DNA of 64,000 nucleotides from Brassicibacter mesophilus (GTDB lineage Bacteria; Bacillota; Clostridia; Tissierellales; Proteiniboraceae): NCBI RefSeq assembly GCF_050433385.1, contig NZ_JBNPXI010000003.1, positions 159,939 to 223,938 of the forward strand, read 5' to 3'. Shown piece by piece: positions 30,633 to 39,469 of this stretch (position 1 is its first letter; each line of letters starts with the position of its first letter). The notes under the pieces were generated by a model. It saw only the letters and a program-made list of their open reading frames with translations, ran no database searches and was not told where the DNA came from. The position numbers and the translations under genes were made by a program.

Positions 30633-31238
30633 TTGACAGAATGGTGGAATAGCATCCCTGCATTTGAAAAAGTATTTTGGTATTTTGCAGTTCCGTTCTC
30701 TGTTCTCTTTTTGATACAACTTATATCAACGTTTATTGGAATGAATGATGATGTTGATATACCAGGGGATGATGGAGGTTTCGATACTGGAACTGACTTT
30801 GATGGTGATGGAGCTGATATAGATGGTTCATCAGCTTTTAACTTATTTACGGTAAGGAATTTCATTATTTTCTTTACAGTGTTTGGATGGACTGGAATAG
30901 TAGGTGCTAATGCAAACATGAACAAAACACTGACAGTTATATTAGCAATGATACTTGGGTTGATAGTAATGGCAATTGTATCAGGAATATTCTATTTTAT
31001 GAGTAGATTAACTGAGAGTGGAAACATGGACTTAAAAAATGCAATGTACTGTATTGGAGAAGTGTACATAACAATACCAGCTAAACGTAGTGGCTTAGGG
31101 AAGGTACAGATGACATTACAAGGCTCTATAAGGGAGTTAGAAGCAATGACCGATGGGAAAGCCATATCTTCAGGAGACATGGTTAGAGTTATAGATATCA
31201 TTAATAATCAGATATTATTGGTAGAAAAGCAGGGATAA
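30633..31238 (+). CDS. NfeD-like membrane protein (YuaF/YqiJ type)
   Basis: N-terminal TM segments, acidic D/G-rich linker, C-terminal OB-fold-like region; immediately upstream of flotillin gene as in nfeD-floT operons; TTG start. Confidence 0.6.
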   Translation: MTEWWNSIPAFEKVFWYFAVPFSVLFLIQLISTFIGMNDDVDIPGDDGGFDTGTDFDGDGADIDGSSAFNLFTVRNFIIFFTVFGWTGIVGANANMNKTLTVILAMILGLIVMAIVSGIFYFMSRLTESGNMDLKNAMYCIGEVYITIPAKRSGLGKVQMTLQGSIRELEAMTDGKAISSGDMVRVIDIINNQILLVEKQG

Positions 31239-31285
31239 AGTGAAATATATAAAATTATTATAAGAAAACAAGGAGGCATAAAATT

Positions 31286-32716
31286 ATGGAGTCTTTCTAT
31301 CCTGTAATTCTCATTACTGTTATAGTAGTAGTAATTTTTAGTACTATAGCAGCTATATTTTCTAGATACAAGAAGTGTCCATCAGATAAGGTATTAGTTG
31401 TATACGGAAAGATTGGCAAAGGAAATGATGGAGGATACCGTTCTGCAAAGTGTATTCATGGTGGAGCTTCATTTATTTGGCCAGTTATTCAAAGCTATGA
31501 ATTTTTAGATTTAACACCTATATCAATAGAAGTTAACTTGACAAATGCACTTAGTAACCAAAACATAAGAGTAGATGTACCTTCAAGATTTACAGTAGGT
31601 ATAAGCACTGAGCCTGGTATTATGACCAATGCCGCAGAGAGACTGCTAGGCTTACAGCTAAAAGAGATTCAAGAGTTAGCTAAAGATATTATATTTGGCC
31701 AATTGAGACTTGTAATAGCTACAATGGGCATAGAAGAAATTAATTCTGATAGAGATATGTTCTTAGCAAACGTATCAAAGAATGTTGAGGCCGAATTAAA
31801 GAAAATAGGATTAAAGCTTATAAACGTTAACGTTACTGACATAAGAGATGAATCAGGATATATAGAGGCTTTAGGTAAGGAAGCAGCGGCAAAGGCAATT
31901 AACGATGCTAAGAAGAATGTTGCTGAAAAAGACCGTGACGGTGCAATAGGTGAAGCAAATGCAAAACGTGATGAAAGAGTTCAAGTTGCAGAAGCAAATG
32001 CAACTGCAGTTGAGGGAGAAAATAGAACAAAAATCACAATAGCCAATTCAGAAGCAGAGAGAAGAGAAAGAGAAGCTGAAGCAGAGAGAAGAGCAAGTGC
32101 AGCAGAGAAAGTGCAATCTGCTAAAGCGCTTGAAGAAGCTTATTCTGCTGAACAACAAGCAGAAAAAGCAAGAGCTAACAAAGAGAGAGCTACAAAAGAA
32201 GCTGACGTTATTGTTCATGCTCAAATTGAAAAAGAAAAGGTTGAAATTGATGCAGAAGCTGAAGCTGAAAGAATTCGTCGTCAAGCAAAAGGTGAAGCTG
32301 ATGCTATACTATTCAAAATGCAAGCAGAAGCTCAAGGTATCATGGAAATACTCAGTAAACAAGCTGAAGGTTTTGAGAGACTTGTTAAGGCAGCCGGTGG
32401 AGATTCTAAAGAAGCGGTTATGCTTATGATAGCTGATAAGCTCCCTGAATTAGTTAAAACTCAAGTTGAAGCAATCAAAAATATCAAGATTGACAAGGTT
32501 ACAGTTTGGGATACAATGAATGGAAGTAATGGAGCACCTTCAACAGCTAACTTTTTATCAGGAATGCTAAAATCAATTCCTCCTTTTGAAGAACTATTTA
32601 ATATGGCTGGAATGGAGCTTCCAAAATATCTTGCTGGAGATAGCAAGCAGGCTAATGATACTGAAATAGTACAGAATGAAGAAATAGAAGAAAAACAAGA
32701 AAATATTGAATCATAG
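31286..32716 (+). CDS. floT: flotillin-like SPFH-domain protein
   Basis: N-terminal TM + SPFH/band-7 domain, long E/A/K/R-rich coiled-coil repeat region (AEAERRASAAEK...), 476 aa. Confidence 0.85.
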   Translation: MESFYPVILITVIVVVIFSTIAAIFSRYKKCPSDKVLVVYGKIGKGNDGGYRSAKCIHGGASFIWPVIQSYEFLDLTPISIEVNLTNALSNQNIRVDVPSRFTVGISTEPGIMTNAAERLLGLQLKEIQELAKDIIFGQLRLVIATMGIEEINSDRDMFLANVSKNVEAELKKIGLKLINVNVTDIRDESGYIEALGKEAAAKAINDAKKNVAEKDRDGAIGEANAKRDERVQVAEANATAVEGENRTKITIANSEAERREREAEAERRASAAEKVQSAKALEEAYSAEQQAEKARANKERATKEADVIVHAQIEKEKVEIDAEAEAERIRRQAKGEADAILFKMQAEAQGIMEILSKQAEGFERLVKAAGGDSKEAVMLMIADKLPELVKTQVEAIKNIKIDKVTVWDTMNGSNGAPSTANFLSGMLKSIPPFEELFNMAGMELPKYLAGDSKQANDTEIVQNEEIEEKQENIES

Positions 32717-32820
32717 ATTTTGAGATTATTTTAAAGCCTTATAAAAAATTTTTTATAGGGCTTTAACTATGTTTACTTAAAAATAATCATCTTGGATATA
32801 CTAAAATTGAGGTGATTACT

Positions 32821-33690
32821 GTGAATATTAATTTTAAGCTGTTTAAAAAGATAAATATAGTACTAGCAATCCTATTAGTTTTAATTGTTTCCACATCATG
32901 CAGTAAAAAACAAGAGAAGCCGATGACTAGCAGTGAAAAAGAAAAAATTCCTGAAGGTTTAGGTGCAATGGCAGATAAAAGTGATAGTATAATAGAGGAT
33001 ATTGAGAAAATCATGGAAGAAATGAAGAAACCGGAAGAAAAAGAGGAACAGCAAAATAAGCAGAGCAATCAATCAAGCGAAGGGAAAAGCCAAAGTGATA
33101 ATAAATCATCGGAAGGAGAAAAATCAGAACAGCAAAAACAAACAATGACAAAGAAAGAAAAAATAGATACAATGTGGGAAAAAGTAGGAAAGACCGTGGA
33201 AGAAATACATGCTGGATGGAATGATTATGAGCTTAAGGCTTTAGAAATGGGTGCTAAAAATGAAGATACAACAAAATTTGAAGATGCCCTTGACAATCTT
33301 ACAATTGCTGTGGAAAAAAAAGATAGTTTAGAATCATTACATCAGACAAATAGAATGAATTACTATATGTCAATATTTTTTGATCCATATAAAGGAAATC
33401 CAGACGGGGAAATAATGAGATTAAAATATTTTGTAAGGCAAAGTCATCTATTTGGATTATTAAATGATTGGGCAAAATCAGAAGAAAGTATTAAAATGGG
33501 TGAAAATTCAGTAAATACACTTAGACCTAAAGTAAAACTTGATAAAAAAGATGAAAACCTTATGGAAAAATTAAATCTATCGTTACTTAACATGAAGTCT
33601 GTTATAGAAAGAAAGAACGCAGAACTGCTTAAAATAAAAAGAGACATTGTATTAAAAAACCTTGAACAACTAAAGGAAAAGGCTAAATAG
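32821..33690 (+). CDS. hypothetical secreted lipoprotein, E/K-rich
   Basis: Signal peptide with Cys (LIVSTSCSKK), highly charged low-complexity region; GTG 32821 after GAGGTGA (ORF track 32812). Confidence 0.4.
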   Translation: MNINFKLFKKINIVLAILLVLIVSTSCSKKQEKPMTSSEKEKIPEGLGAMADKSDSIIEDIEKIMEEMKKPEEKEEQQNKQSNQSSEGKSQSDNKSSEGEKSEQQKQTMTKKEKIDTMWEKVGKTVEEIHAGWNDYELKALEMGAKNEDTTKFEDALDNLTIAVEKKDSLESLHQTNRMNYYMSIFFDPYKGNPDGEIMRLKYFVRQSHLFGLLNDWAKSEESIKMGENSVNTLRPKVKLDKKDENLMEKLNLSLLNMKSVIERKNAELLKIKRDIVLKNLEQLKEKAK

Positions 33691-33718
33691 GCAATGGTAA
33701 ATACCTGCCTATTTTTTA
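33688..33718 (+). terminator. rho-independent terminator
   Basis: TAGGCA-atggtaaatacc-TGCCTA followed by TTTTTTAC. Confidence 0.55.
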
Positions 33719-34200
33719 CTGTCGTTTTGCAGGAAGATTCATATTGCTTGGAGAATAAAATCATGATTTAGAAATATATAATAAAACTATATATGAGCAC
33801 TAAGCTTAATTTTTTATTAACAAAGAATGATAGACAGATGTTTTTTCAAAAGTGGAAAGAAATATTATAATATCTAGTATTGAATAATCATAAAGAATAT
33901 TTTTGTTAAAGGCTAAAATCATACAATATGTAGCAGAAGAGATCAAGATAATAATAGAAAAAACAATGATATATAGTTACTGATAGTGAAACTATTAGTA
34001 TAGGGATAGCTCGTATCCTTAAGATGCTTTAGTTGTGAATAAATTAGTAGAAAAGGAGATGAAGCTATGCATTTTTTAAAACATAATGGAAGGAACCAAG
34101 TCGCTATCTATAATAACAGTATTGATATTTCCTAGGAAATATCTTGTTTATTTATATAGATTATAGTCGAAAAATGTTAAACAATAGGAGGGCAAATGAC

Positions 34201-34749
34201 ATGATTGAATTAGCTATACAAGTAGCAGCCAAAGCTCATCAAAATCAGAAAAGAAAGGGTACAGATATTCCATATATAACTCATCCATATATGGTTGGTA
34301 TGATTCTACAAAAAGAAGGATGCTCTGATGAGCTTGTAGCAGCAGGGATTTTGCATGATACTGTAGAGGATACATATGTGACACTTGACTATATCAGAGA
34401 TACATTTGGACAATATGTAGCAGAAATCGTAGGAGGATGCTCAGAACCTGATAAGTCACTCTCATGGGAAGAGAGAAAGACTTATAAATTACATGCACTT
34501 AAAACTGCTTCATTAGATATACGGATAGTTACCTGCGCTGATAAACTTCATAACATAAGAACTACAATTAAAGAATACAATAGAGTTGGTGAAAAAGTTT
34601 GGGACAGATTTAACAGAGGTAGAGAGAAGCAATCATGGTATTATAATGAGCTGATTAAGGTTTTATGTGACAGAGAAGACAATCCTCCTGAAATGAGAAT
34701 ATTTAGTGAGCTGAAAAATGAAATAATACATTTGTTTTTTGAAAAATAG
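34201..34749 (+). CDS. HD-domain hydrolase (RelA/SpoT-type (p)ppGpp hydrolase-like, small alarmone hydrolase candidate)
   Basis: HD motif ...ITHPYMV...LHDTVEDT characteristic of RelA/SpoT HD domain, ~180 aa without synthetase domain; ATG 34201 after AGGAGGG. Confidence 0.65.
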   Translation: MIELAIQVAAKAHQNQKRKGTDIPYITHPYMVGMILQKEGCSDELVAAGILHDTVEDTYVTLDYIRDTFGQYVAEIVGGCSEPDKSLSWEERKTYKLHALKTASLDIRIVTCADKLHNIRTTIKEYNRVGEKVWDRFNRGREKQSWYYNELIKVLCDREDNPPEMRIFSELKNEIIHLFFEK

Positions 34750-34885
34750 AATTAGAGTAGAGAAATATCTATAAAAGAATATTTTTTTATAATAGTTTCT
34801 TTTTCTATATTATAATGGAACATTTTCCCTTAATCATCGTCAAAATAGTATATAGTTACTAAAAAGATTAGGGGAGGGATTTAGG

Positions 34886-35815
34886 ATGATTAATAAAAGA
34901 AAAAGAGGATTTTCATTATGTGCATTATTATTGATGCTAGTATTAATTCTTTCTGGTTGTGCAAAAGGTTTTATGACTGAAGACAAAGCTTTACAAGAAC
35001 AAGCTACATCTACAGAAATGCAGAAAACATCTGATGTTGGATTTAGTAACCAGGCTCCAAGTGAAAACAATGCAGATAGAGGGCAAACTATTGAACAGAC
35101 GTCACTTACTGAAAACAATAGGAAGATTATTAAATCAGCACGAATTGAGTTGGAAACACTTGAGTTTGATAAGACGACAAGTGCTATAGTAGAAAAGACA
35201 AAATCTATAGGGGGATACGTAGAAAGCTCTAACATTTCAGGAAGCAGAATAAGTGAAAAACAAAGCTTTCAAGACAGATATGCATCGTTTAATTTAAGGA
35301 TTCCAGAGAAATATTTTGAACAATTCATGCTTGACTTCAATAATATTGGAAATGTAATAAACAGCGAAAATAGCGGAACAGATATAACAGGTGAATATTT
35401 TGATTCTGAAGCGAGATTAAAATCTTTACAAATTCAAGAAGAAAGACTCATAGAAATTCTTAAAAAAGCTGAGAGTGTGAAAGATATTATTGAGCTTGAA
35501 AGAGAATTGTCAGATGTAAGATATCAAATAGAAAATTTTACAGGGACATTAAGGAAATGGGATAATATGGTTAATTTTGCAACTATACAGGTTTCTGTTT
35601 ATGAAGTTCAAGAAATAAAAGAGCCAAAGCCAATTTCTCTTATAGATAGAGTAGGAGATGGATTTAGTAGCTCAATAAAAGTATTGATAAAGCTTGTAAA
35701 AGACTTAACTGTATTAATAGCGATATTATTACCGTTTGTTATTATAGCTTTGATAATATTTTTAATTGTAAAATATATTCTAAAGAAAATGAAGAAAAAT
35801 GATAAAGAAATATAA
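34886..35815 (+). CDS. lipoprotein, DUF4349-like (N-terminal lipobox, C-terminal TM anchor)
   Basis: Lipobox LILSGC, coiled-coil middle, C-terminal hydrophobic helix VLIAILLPFVIIALIIFLIV. Confidence 0.45.
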   Translation: MINKRKRGFSLCALLLMLVLILSGCAKGFMTEDKALQEQATSTEMQKTSDVGFSNQAPSENNADRGQTIEQTSLTENNRKIIKSARIELETLEFDKTTSAIVEKTKSIGGYVESSNISGSRISEKQSFQDRYASFNLRIPEKYFEQFMLDFNNIGNVINSENSGTDITGEYFDSEARLKSLQIQEERLIEILKKAESVKDIIELERELSDVRYQIENFTGTLRKWDNMVNFATIQVSVYEVQEIKEPKPISLIDRVGDGFSSSIKVLIKLVKDLTVLIAILLPFVIIALIIFLIVKYILKKMKKNDKEI

Positions 35816-35895
35816 TTAAAATATTTACCTAAATAAGCTATAATGAATATTATAGGTTGCTTTAAAAAACCTACAATAGAACACGAGGTGAATTT

Positions 35896-36738
35896 ATGAA
35901 TAACGAAGCAATACTTAACTATTATATTTTAAATGGTAGCTTATGCTCGGTAAATAATGATGAAGGATTTATTAACGCATCCAGTCCATTAATTTATGAG
36001 GTAATAAGAGTTGTTGATGGAATTGCTTTATTTATGGAAGACCATTTATTTAGAATGAGAAAGTCAGCTGAAATAATTGGTTATACCATAGATAAAAAAG
36101 ATAGTGAAATAGAAAAGGAGATTTATCAGTTAATAGCTGTAAATGAAACAAATAATATGAATATAAAGCTACTATGCTATAATTTAGATAAGGAAACGCA
36201 GACTTTCATGGCTTACTTCATTAAAAGTAATTATCCTGAAAAAGTAGTTTATCAAAAAGGTATTCATACTATTCTCTTTAACTCTGAAAGAAAAAATCCT
36301 AATGCAAAGGTAATCAATACAGATTTTAGGCAAAGGGTTAATGATGAAATAAAAAAGCAAGATGCTTACGAAGCTCTACTGGTAAATGAACAAGGGAATA
36401 TAACAGAAGGCAGTAGATCAAACATGTTTTTTGTAAAGGAAGCTAGTGTCTATACAGCTCCATCAGGAGAAGTACTCCTTGGAATTACCAGAAATGAAAT
36501 AATGAAGGTATGTAAAGCAGAAGGAATAGACATAGTTGAAAAAAACATCAAAGTAGATGAACTGGAAGAATTTGATGGAGCTTTTATGACTGGTACTTCA
36601 GTAAATGTACTTCCCATAAAGACAATCGATGATATTGAATATGACTCTATGAATAATCGAATAATTAATACTATTAGTAAAGAATATTTATACAATATTA
36701 GACAGTATATAGAAAATAGAAAAAACTGTGCCAAATAG
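35896..36738 (+). CDS. class IV aminotransferase (branched-chain aa aminotransferase / aminodeoxychorismate lyase family)
   Basis: Fold-type IV motifs (EDHLFRMRKSAEIIGY, GITRNEI, MTGTS); 280 aa. Confidence 0.7.
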   Translation: MNNEAILNYYILNGSLCSVNNDEGFINASSPLIYEVIRVVDGIALFMEDHLFRMRKSAEIIGYTIDKKDSEIEKEIYQLIAVNETNNMNIKLLCYNLDKETQTFMAYFIKSNYPEKVVYQKGIHTILFNSERKNPNAKVINTDFRQRVNDEIKKQDAYEALLVNEQGNITEGSRSNMFFVKEASVYTAPSGEVLLGITRNEIMKVCKAEGIDIVEKNIKVDELEEFDGAFMTGTSVNVLPIKTIDDIEYDSMNNRIINTISKEYLYNIRQYIENRKNCAK

Positions 36739-36951
36739 GTACAGTTTTTTCTTGACCATCCATTATTTATACAGCCAAATAGCTATGTTAACAAAATTTT
36801 AAAATTATTATCATTTAATCTAAGTTACACAGGTTGCTTATAGAATAAGAGACTCAACTTTGAGTGGACGATACTATTAATAATTTAGCATATTACAGAT
36901 ATTCCTATCGGGGCAGGCGCATATATTCACTTACTAATGTAATAGAAGATT

Positions 36952-36990
36952 AAAAGGCATCTAGTAGATGTCTTTTAATTGTTTTTGGAT
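36952..36990 (+). terminator. rho-independent terminator
   Basis: AAAAGGCATCTA-g-TAGATGTCTTTT followed by AATTGTTTTT. Confidence 0.6.
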
Positions 36991-37118
36991 AATAAAGCAT
37001 TAGGCATATGGCAAATATTACAAAAGGGAAAAGAAAATATTGCATTTTTGTAACAATATGATATATAATATAACAATACCAATGTCGAAAAAACGTGAAA
37101 TTACAAAGGAGGAATGGC

Positions 37119-38378
37119 ATGAAAGGAAGAAAAATTGGATTAACAGCTAAAATTCTTATTGGTCTTATTTTAGGTTTCATAACAGGTTTGATACTAAACA
37201 AGTTGGGACCTTCTTATACTAGAGATACTATATTAGTAAATGGTTTGTTTGAGCTATTAGGTCAGATATTTTTAAGAGGAATTAAAATGATGGTTGTTCC
37301 CTTAGTTTTCGTTTCTTTAGTTAATGGAGCAGCTTCTATGTCTGATATTAAAAAGTTAGGACGAGTTGGATTTAGAACAATGCTATTTTATATTGCAACA
37401 ACGGCGATAGCTATTACTATAGCTATAATAATAGCTTCTCTTATTGATCCAGGCGTTGGACTTGATATGTCTGATTTAATTAAGACTCAGCCGACCATTG
37501 GAGAAACTAAGCCACTTATACAGGTAATATATGAGATGGTTCCTACCAATCCAGCAGAATCAATGGTACAAGGTTCAATGCTTCAAATAATAGTATTTTC
37601 TCTTTTAGTAGGAATTGCGCTTTCTATTCTAGGTGATAAAACGAAAATTATTACTGACTTTTTTAATCAATTAAATGATTTAGTTATGAAGATAGTTGAG
37701 TTAATAATGCTTTCTGCACCATATGGTGTATTCGCACTAATAGCTAAGACATTTTCTACTTTAGGGTTTGATGCTATGGGCTCATTATTAAAATATATGA
37801 TATGTGTTCTTTTAGCTTTGTTAATACATGTTTCTTTTACTTATTCAGGATTGCTTATGATATTTGCAAAGCTAAATCCAATAAGGTTCTTTAAAAAGTT
37901 TGCACCTGCAATGGGAGTTGCCTTTTCAACTTCTAGCTCTAATGCAACTATTCCTGTGACTTTAGAGGTAATTGAAGAAAAAATTGGTGCTTCAAAAAAT
38001 ATAGCTTCTTTTACTATACCATTAGGTGCAACAATAAATATGGACGGTACTTCAATAATGCAAGGAGTAGCCACTGTTTTTGTAGCTCAGCTATATGGGG
38101 TTCCGTTATCAATTCAAGCAATACTGACAGTGATTTTAACTGCTACAATAGCTTCAATCGGTACAGCTGGTGTTCCAGGAGTTGGACTTATAATGCTGTC
38201 CATGGTATTTCAAGCTATTGGACTACCAATTGAAGGAATAGCACTAATAATAGGAATAGATAGAATACTAGACATGACAAGAACTGCTGTAAATATAACT
38301 GGAGATGCAATATGTACCGCCATAGTTTCAAAGGCAGAAGGCGAATTTGATGAAGAAATATTTAATTCTAATGATTAA
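37119..38378 (+). CDS. dicarboxylate/amino acid:cation symporter (DAACS / GltP-like)
   Basis: 420 aa polytopic; DAACS signatures (GFITGLILN, SSSNATIPV, GATINMDGTS, DRILDMTRTAVNITGD); ATG 37119 after AAGGAGGA. Confidence 0.85.
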   Translation: MKGRKIGLTAKILIGLILGFITGLILNKLGPSYTRDTILVNGLFELLGQIFLRGIKMMVVPLVFVSLVNGAASMSDIKKLGRVGFRTMLFYIATTAIAITIAIIIASLIDPGVGLDMSDLIKTQPTIGETKPLIQVIYEMVPTNPAESMVQGSMLQIIVFSLLVGIALSILGDKTKIITDFFNQLNDLVMKIVELIMLSAPYGVFALIAKTFSTLGFDAMGSLLKYMICVLLALLIHVSFTYSGLLMIFAKLNPIRFFKKFAPAMGVAFSTSSSNATIPVTLEVIEEKIGASKNIASFTIPLGATINMDGTSIMQGVATVFVAQLYGVPLSIQAILTVILTATIASIGTAGVPGVGLIMLSMVFQAIGLPIEGIALIIGIDRILDMTRTAVNITGDAICTAIVSKAEGEFDEEIFNSND

Positions 38379-38391
38379 ATAGTAATAAAAA

Positions 38392-38431
38392 AATACATCT
38401 AGAAAATTTAAATTTTCTGGGTGTATTTTTT
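38392..38431 (+). terminator. rho-independent terminator
   Basis: TACATCTAGAAAATTT-aa-ATTTTCTGGGTGTA (G.U pairs) followed by TTTTTT. Confidence 0.7.
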
Positions 38432-38549
38432 ATAGAAAAAAATTTCACAAAATTTTAAAAAATGTATTGCAGTTTAAAAAATATGGTGATATAATTAAAA
38501 TGCAGTAAAAGTGGCAAACAATGTTATAAAAAAAGGAGGCCGTGAAGTG

Positions 38550-38642
38550 ATGATTACTATGTTAGGTATTACCAATTTAAACAAAATTGAATATACAGCA
38601 AAAAATAACGGCCTGCGAATAGGTGTAAAGGTTAATCTATAA
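38550..38642 (+). CDS. small ORF A, 30 aa (MITMLGITNLNKIEYTAKNNGLRIGVKVNL), divergent member of tandem peptide family
   Basis: AAGGAGG 10 nt upstream of ATG; shares IEYTAK block with ORFs B-E. Confidence 0.4.
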   Translation: MITMLGITNLNKIEYTAKNNGLRIGVKVNL

Positions 38643-38675
38643 TTGTTTTAATTTTTATTATAATTATGATTTTAC

Positions 38676-38839
38676 AGTCGTAGGTACATAGTCTGCGATT
38701 TTTTGATTTATATTTTAATGCACTTTTTGTGTCTTTTGGAATAATATAGTCGTGGGCTTAATGCTTACGACTTTTTTATATGTTTTCTTGTATACAATAA
38801 AGTAATAAAAAGTCGTAGAGTAGCTATCTGCGGCTTTTT
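38676..38839 (+). repeat. three tandem hairpin+U-tract repeat units (AGTCGTRG-N9-13-CTGCGR/ACGAC-TTTTT) spaced 72 and 63 nt
   Basis: R1 38676-38706, R2 38748-38777, R3 38811-38839; each forms 6-7 bp stem (with G.U) + T5-6. Confidence 0.5.
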
Positions 38840-38897
38840 ATTATGCCTTTGATTCAAGAAAATGTAACTAATGTAAAAAAATAAAGGAGGTGATATA

Positions 38898-38990
38898 ATG
38901 ACTGATTTATTGATGAAATTTCTATTTTTTTCTAATTCAAAGAGAGACTTTGGTTTTGAAGAGTACAGCAAACTAGAATTAAGAAGATAG
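38898..38990 (+). CDS. small ORF B, 30 aa (MTDLLMKFLFFSNSKRDFGFEEYSKLELRR)
   Basis: AAAGGAGGTGA 7 nt upstream of ATG; conserved KRD.G..EY.KLE.R block. Confidence 0.6.
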   Translation: MTDLLMKFLFFSNSKRDFGFEEYSKLELRR

Positions 38991-39019
38991 GTAACATTAT
39001 ACTTTAGGAGGTGATAAAT

Positions 39020-39115
39020 ATGTTGTATTTAGTTGATCAGTTGGTAAAACAATCATCAAACAAAAAAGATCATGGATATGAATTATTTGCAAAGTTAGAA
39101 TTAAGATTATTCTAA
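39020..39115 (+). CDS. small ORF C, 31 aa (MLYLVDQLVKQSSNKKDHGYELFAKLELRLF)
   Basis: TAGGAGGTGA 7 nt upstream of ATG; conserved KKD.GY...AKLELR block. Confidence 0.6.
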   Translation: MLYLVDQLVKQSSNKKDHGYELFAKLELRLF

Positions 39116-39145
39116 GGAGTTTGTACTACAAGGTAGGTGATAGAT

Positions 39146-39238
39146 ATGCTAGGGTTATTAGAACTAATCGTTTCAGGATTTGGACTTAAAAAAGACATTG
39201 GTTTAGACGAATACTTGAAGCTAGAATTTAGAAAGTAA
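39146..39238 (+). CDS. small ORF D, 30 aa (MLGLLELIVSGFGLKKDIGLDEYLKLEFRK)
   Basis: GGTAGGTGA 5 nt upstream of ATG; conserved KKD.GL.EY.KLE.R block. Confidence 0.55.
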   Translation: MLGLLELIVSGFGLKKDIGLDEYLKLEFRK

Positions 39239-39271
39239 TAAAATTAATTAAATAATAAAGGAGAAATGATT

Positions 39272-39367
39272 ATGTTATATAACTTAATTTTTACAAAGGG
39301 ATTTGAAATGAAACAAGATAGAGGATTATTTGAATACCATAAACTTGAATGTAGAAACAAAACTTAG
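39272..39367 (+). CDS. small ORF E, 31 aa (MLYNLIFTKGFEMKQDRGLFEYHKLECRNKT)
   Basis: AAAGGAG 7 nt upstream of ATG; conserved KQD.GL.EY.KLE.R block. Confidence 0.55.
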   Translation: MLYNLIFTKGFEMKQDRGLFEYHKLECRNKT

Positions 39368-39403
39368 CTTTGTTTCTAGAAGATAAAGTTTGTATTAAAA
39401 TGG

Positions 39404-39430
39404 CAGATACTATTGAAAAAATAGTATCTG
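39404..39430 (+). promoter_or_regulatory. perfect inverted repeat CAGATACTATT-gaaaa-AATAGTATCTG between peptide array and aminopeptidase gene
   Basis: 11-bp perfect arms, 5-nt loop; no U-tract (followed by CTATAATACC); overlaps an RBS-less ATGGCAGAT mini-ORF that mimics the aminopeptidase start. Confidence 0.5.
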
Positions 39431-39469
39431 CTATAATACCAATTTATAAATAAAGGGGGATTTTAACAA

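Noticed and set aside
32097-32429. 110-aa K/L-rich ORF (and antisense 32048..32284) inside the flotillin gene
   Set aside because: Alternative frame of the E/A/K/R-rich coiled-coil repeat of floT; low-complexity artefact with no RBS
34840-35235. 131-aa minus-strand ORF
   Set aside because: Antisense to lipoprotein gene 34886..35815, no start context
36740-36950. Possible riboswitch or T-box upstream of the symporter gene
   Set aside because: Only a terminator hairpin (36952-36990) is evident; no T-box (AGGGUGGNACCGCG) or other riboswitch core recognisable by eye
38433-38530. Direct repeat TGCAGT...TGCAGTA upstream of small ORF A
   Set aside because: Short, AT-rich, likely chance or promoter spacer; could be a -35/-10 region but unsupported
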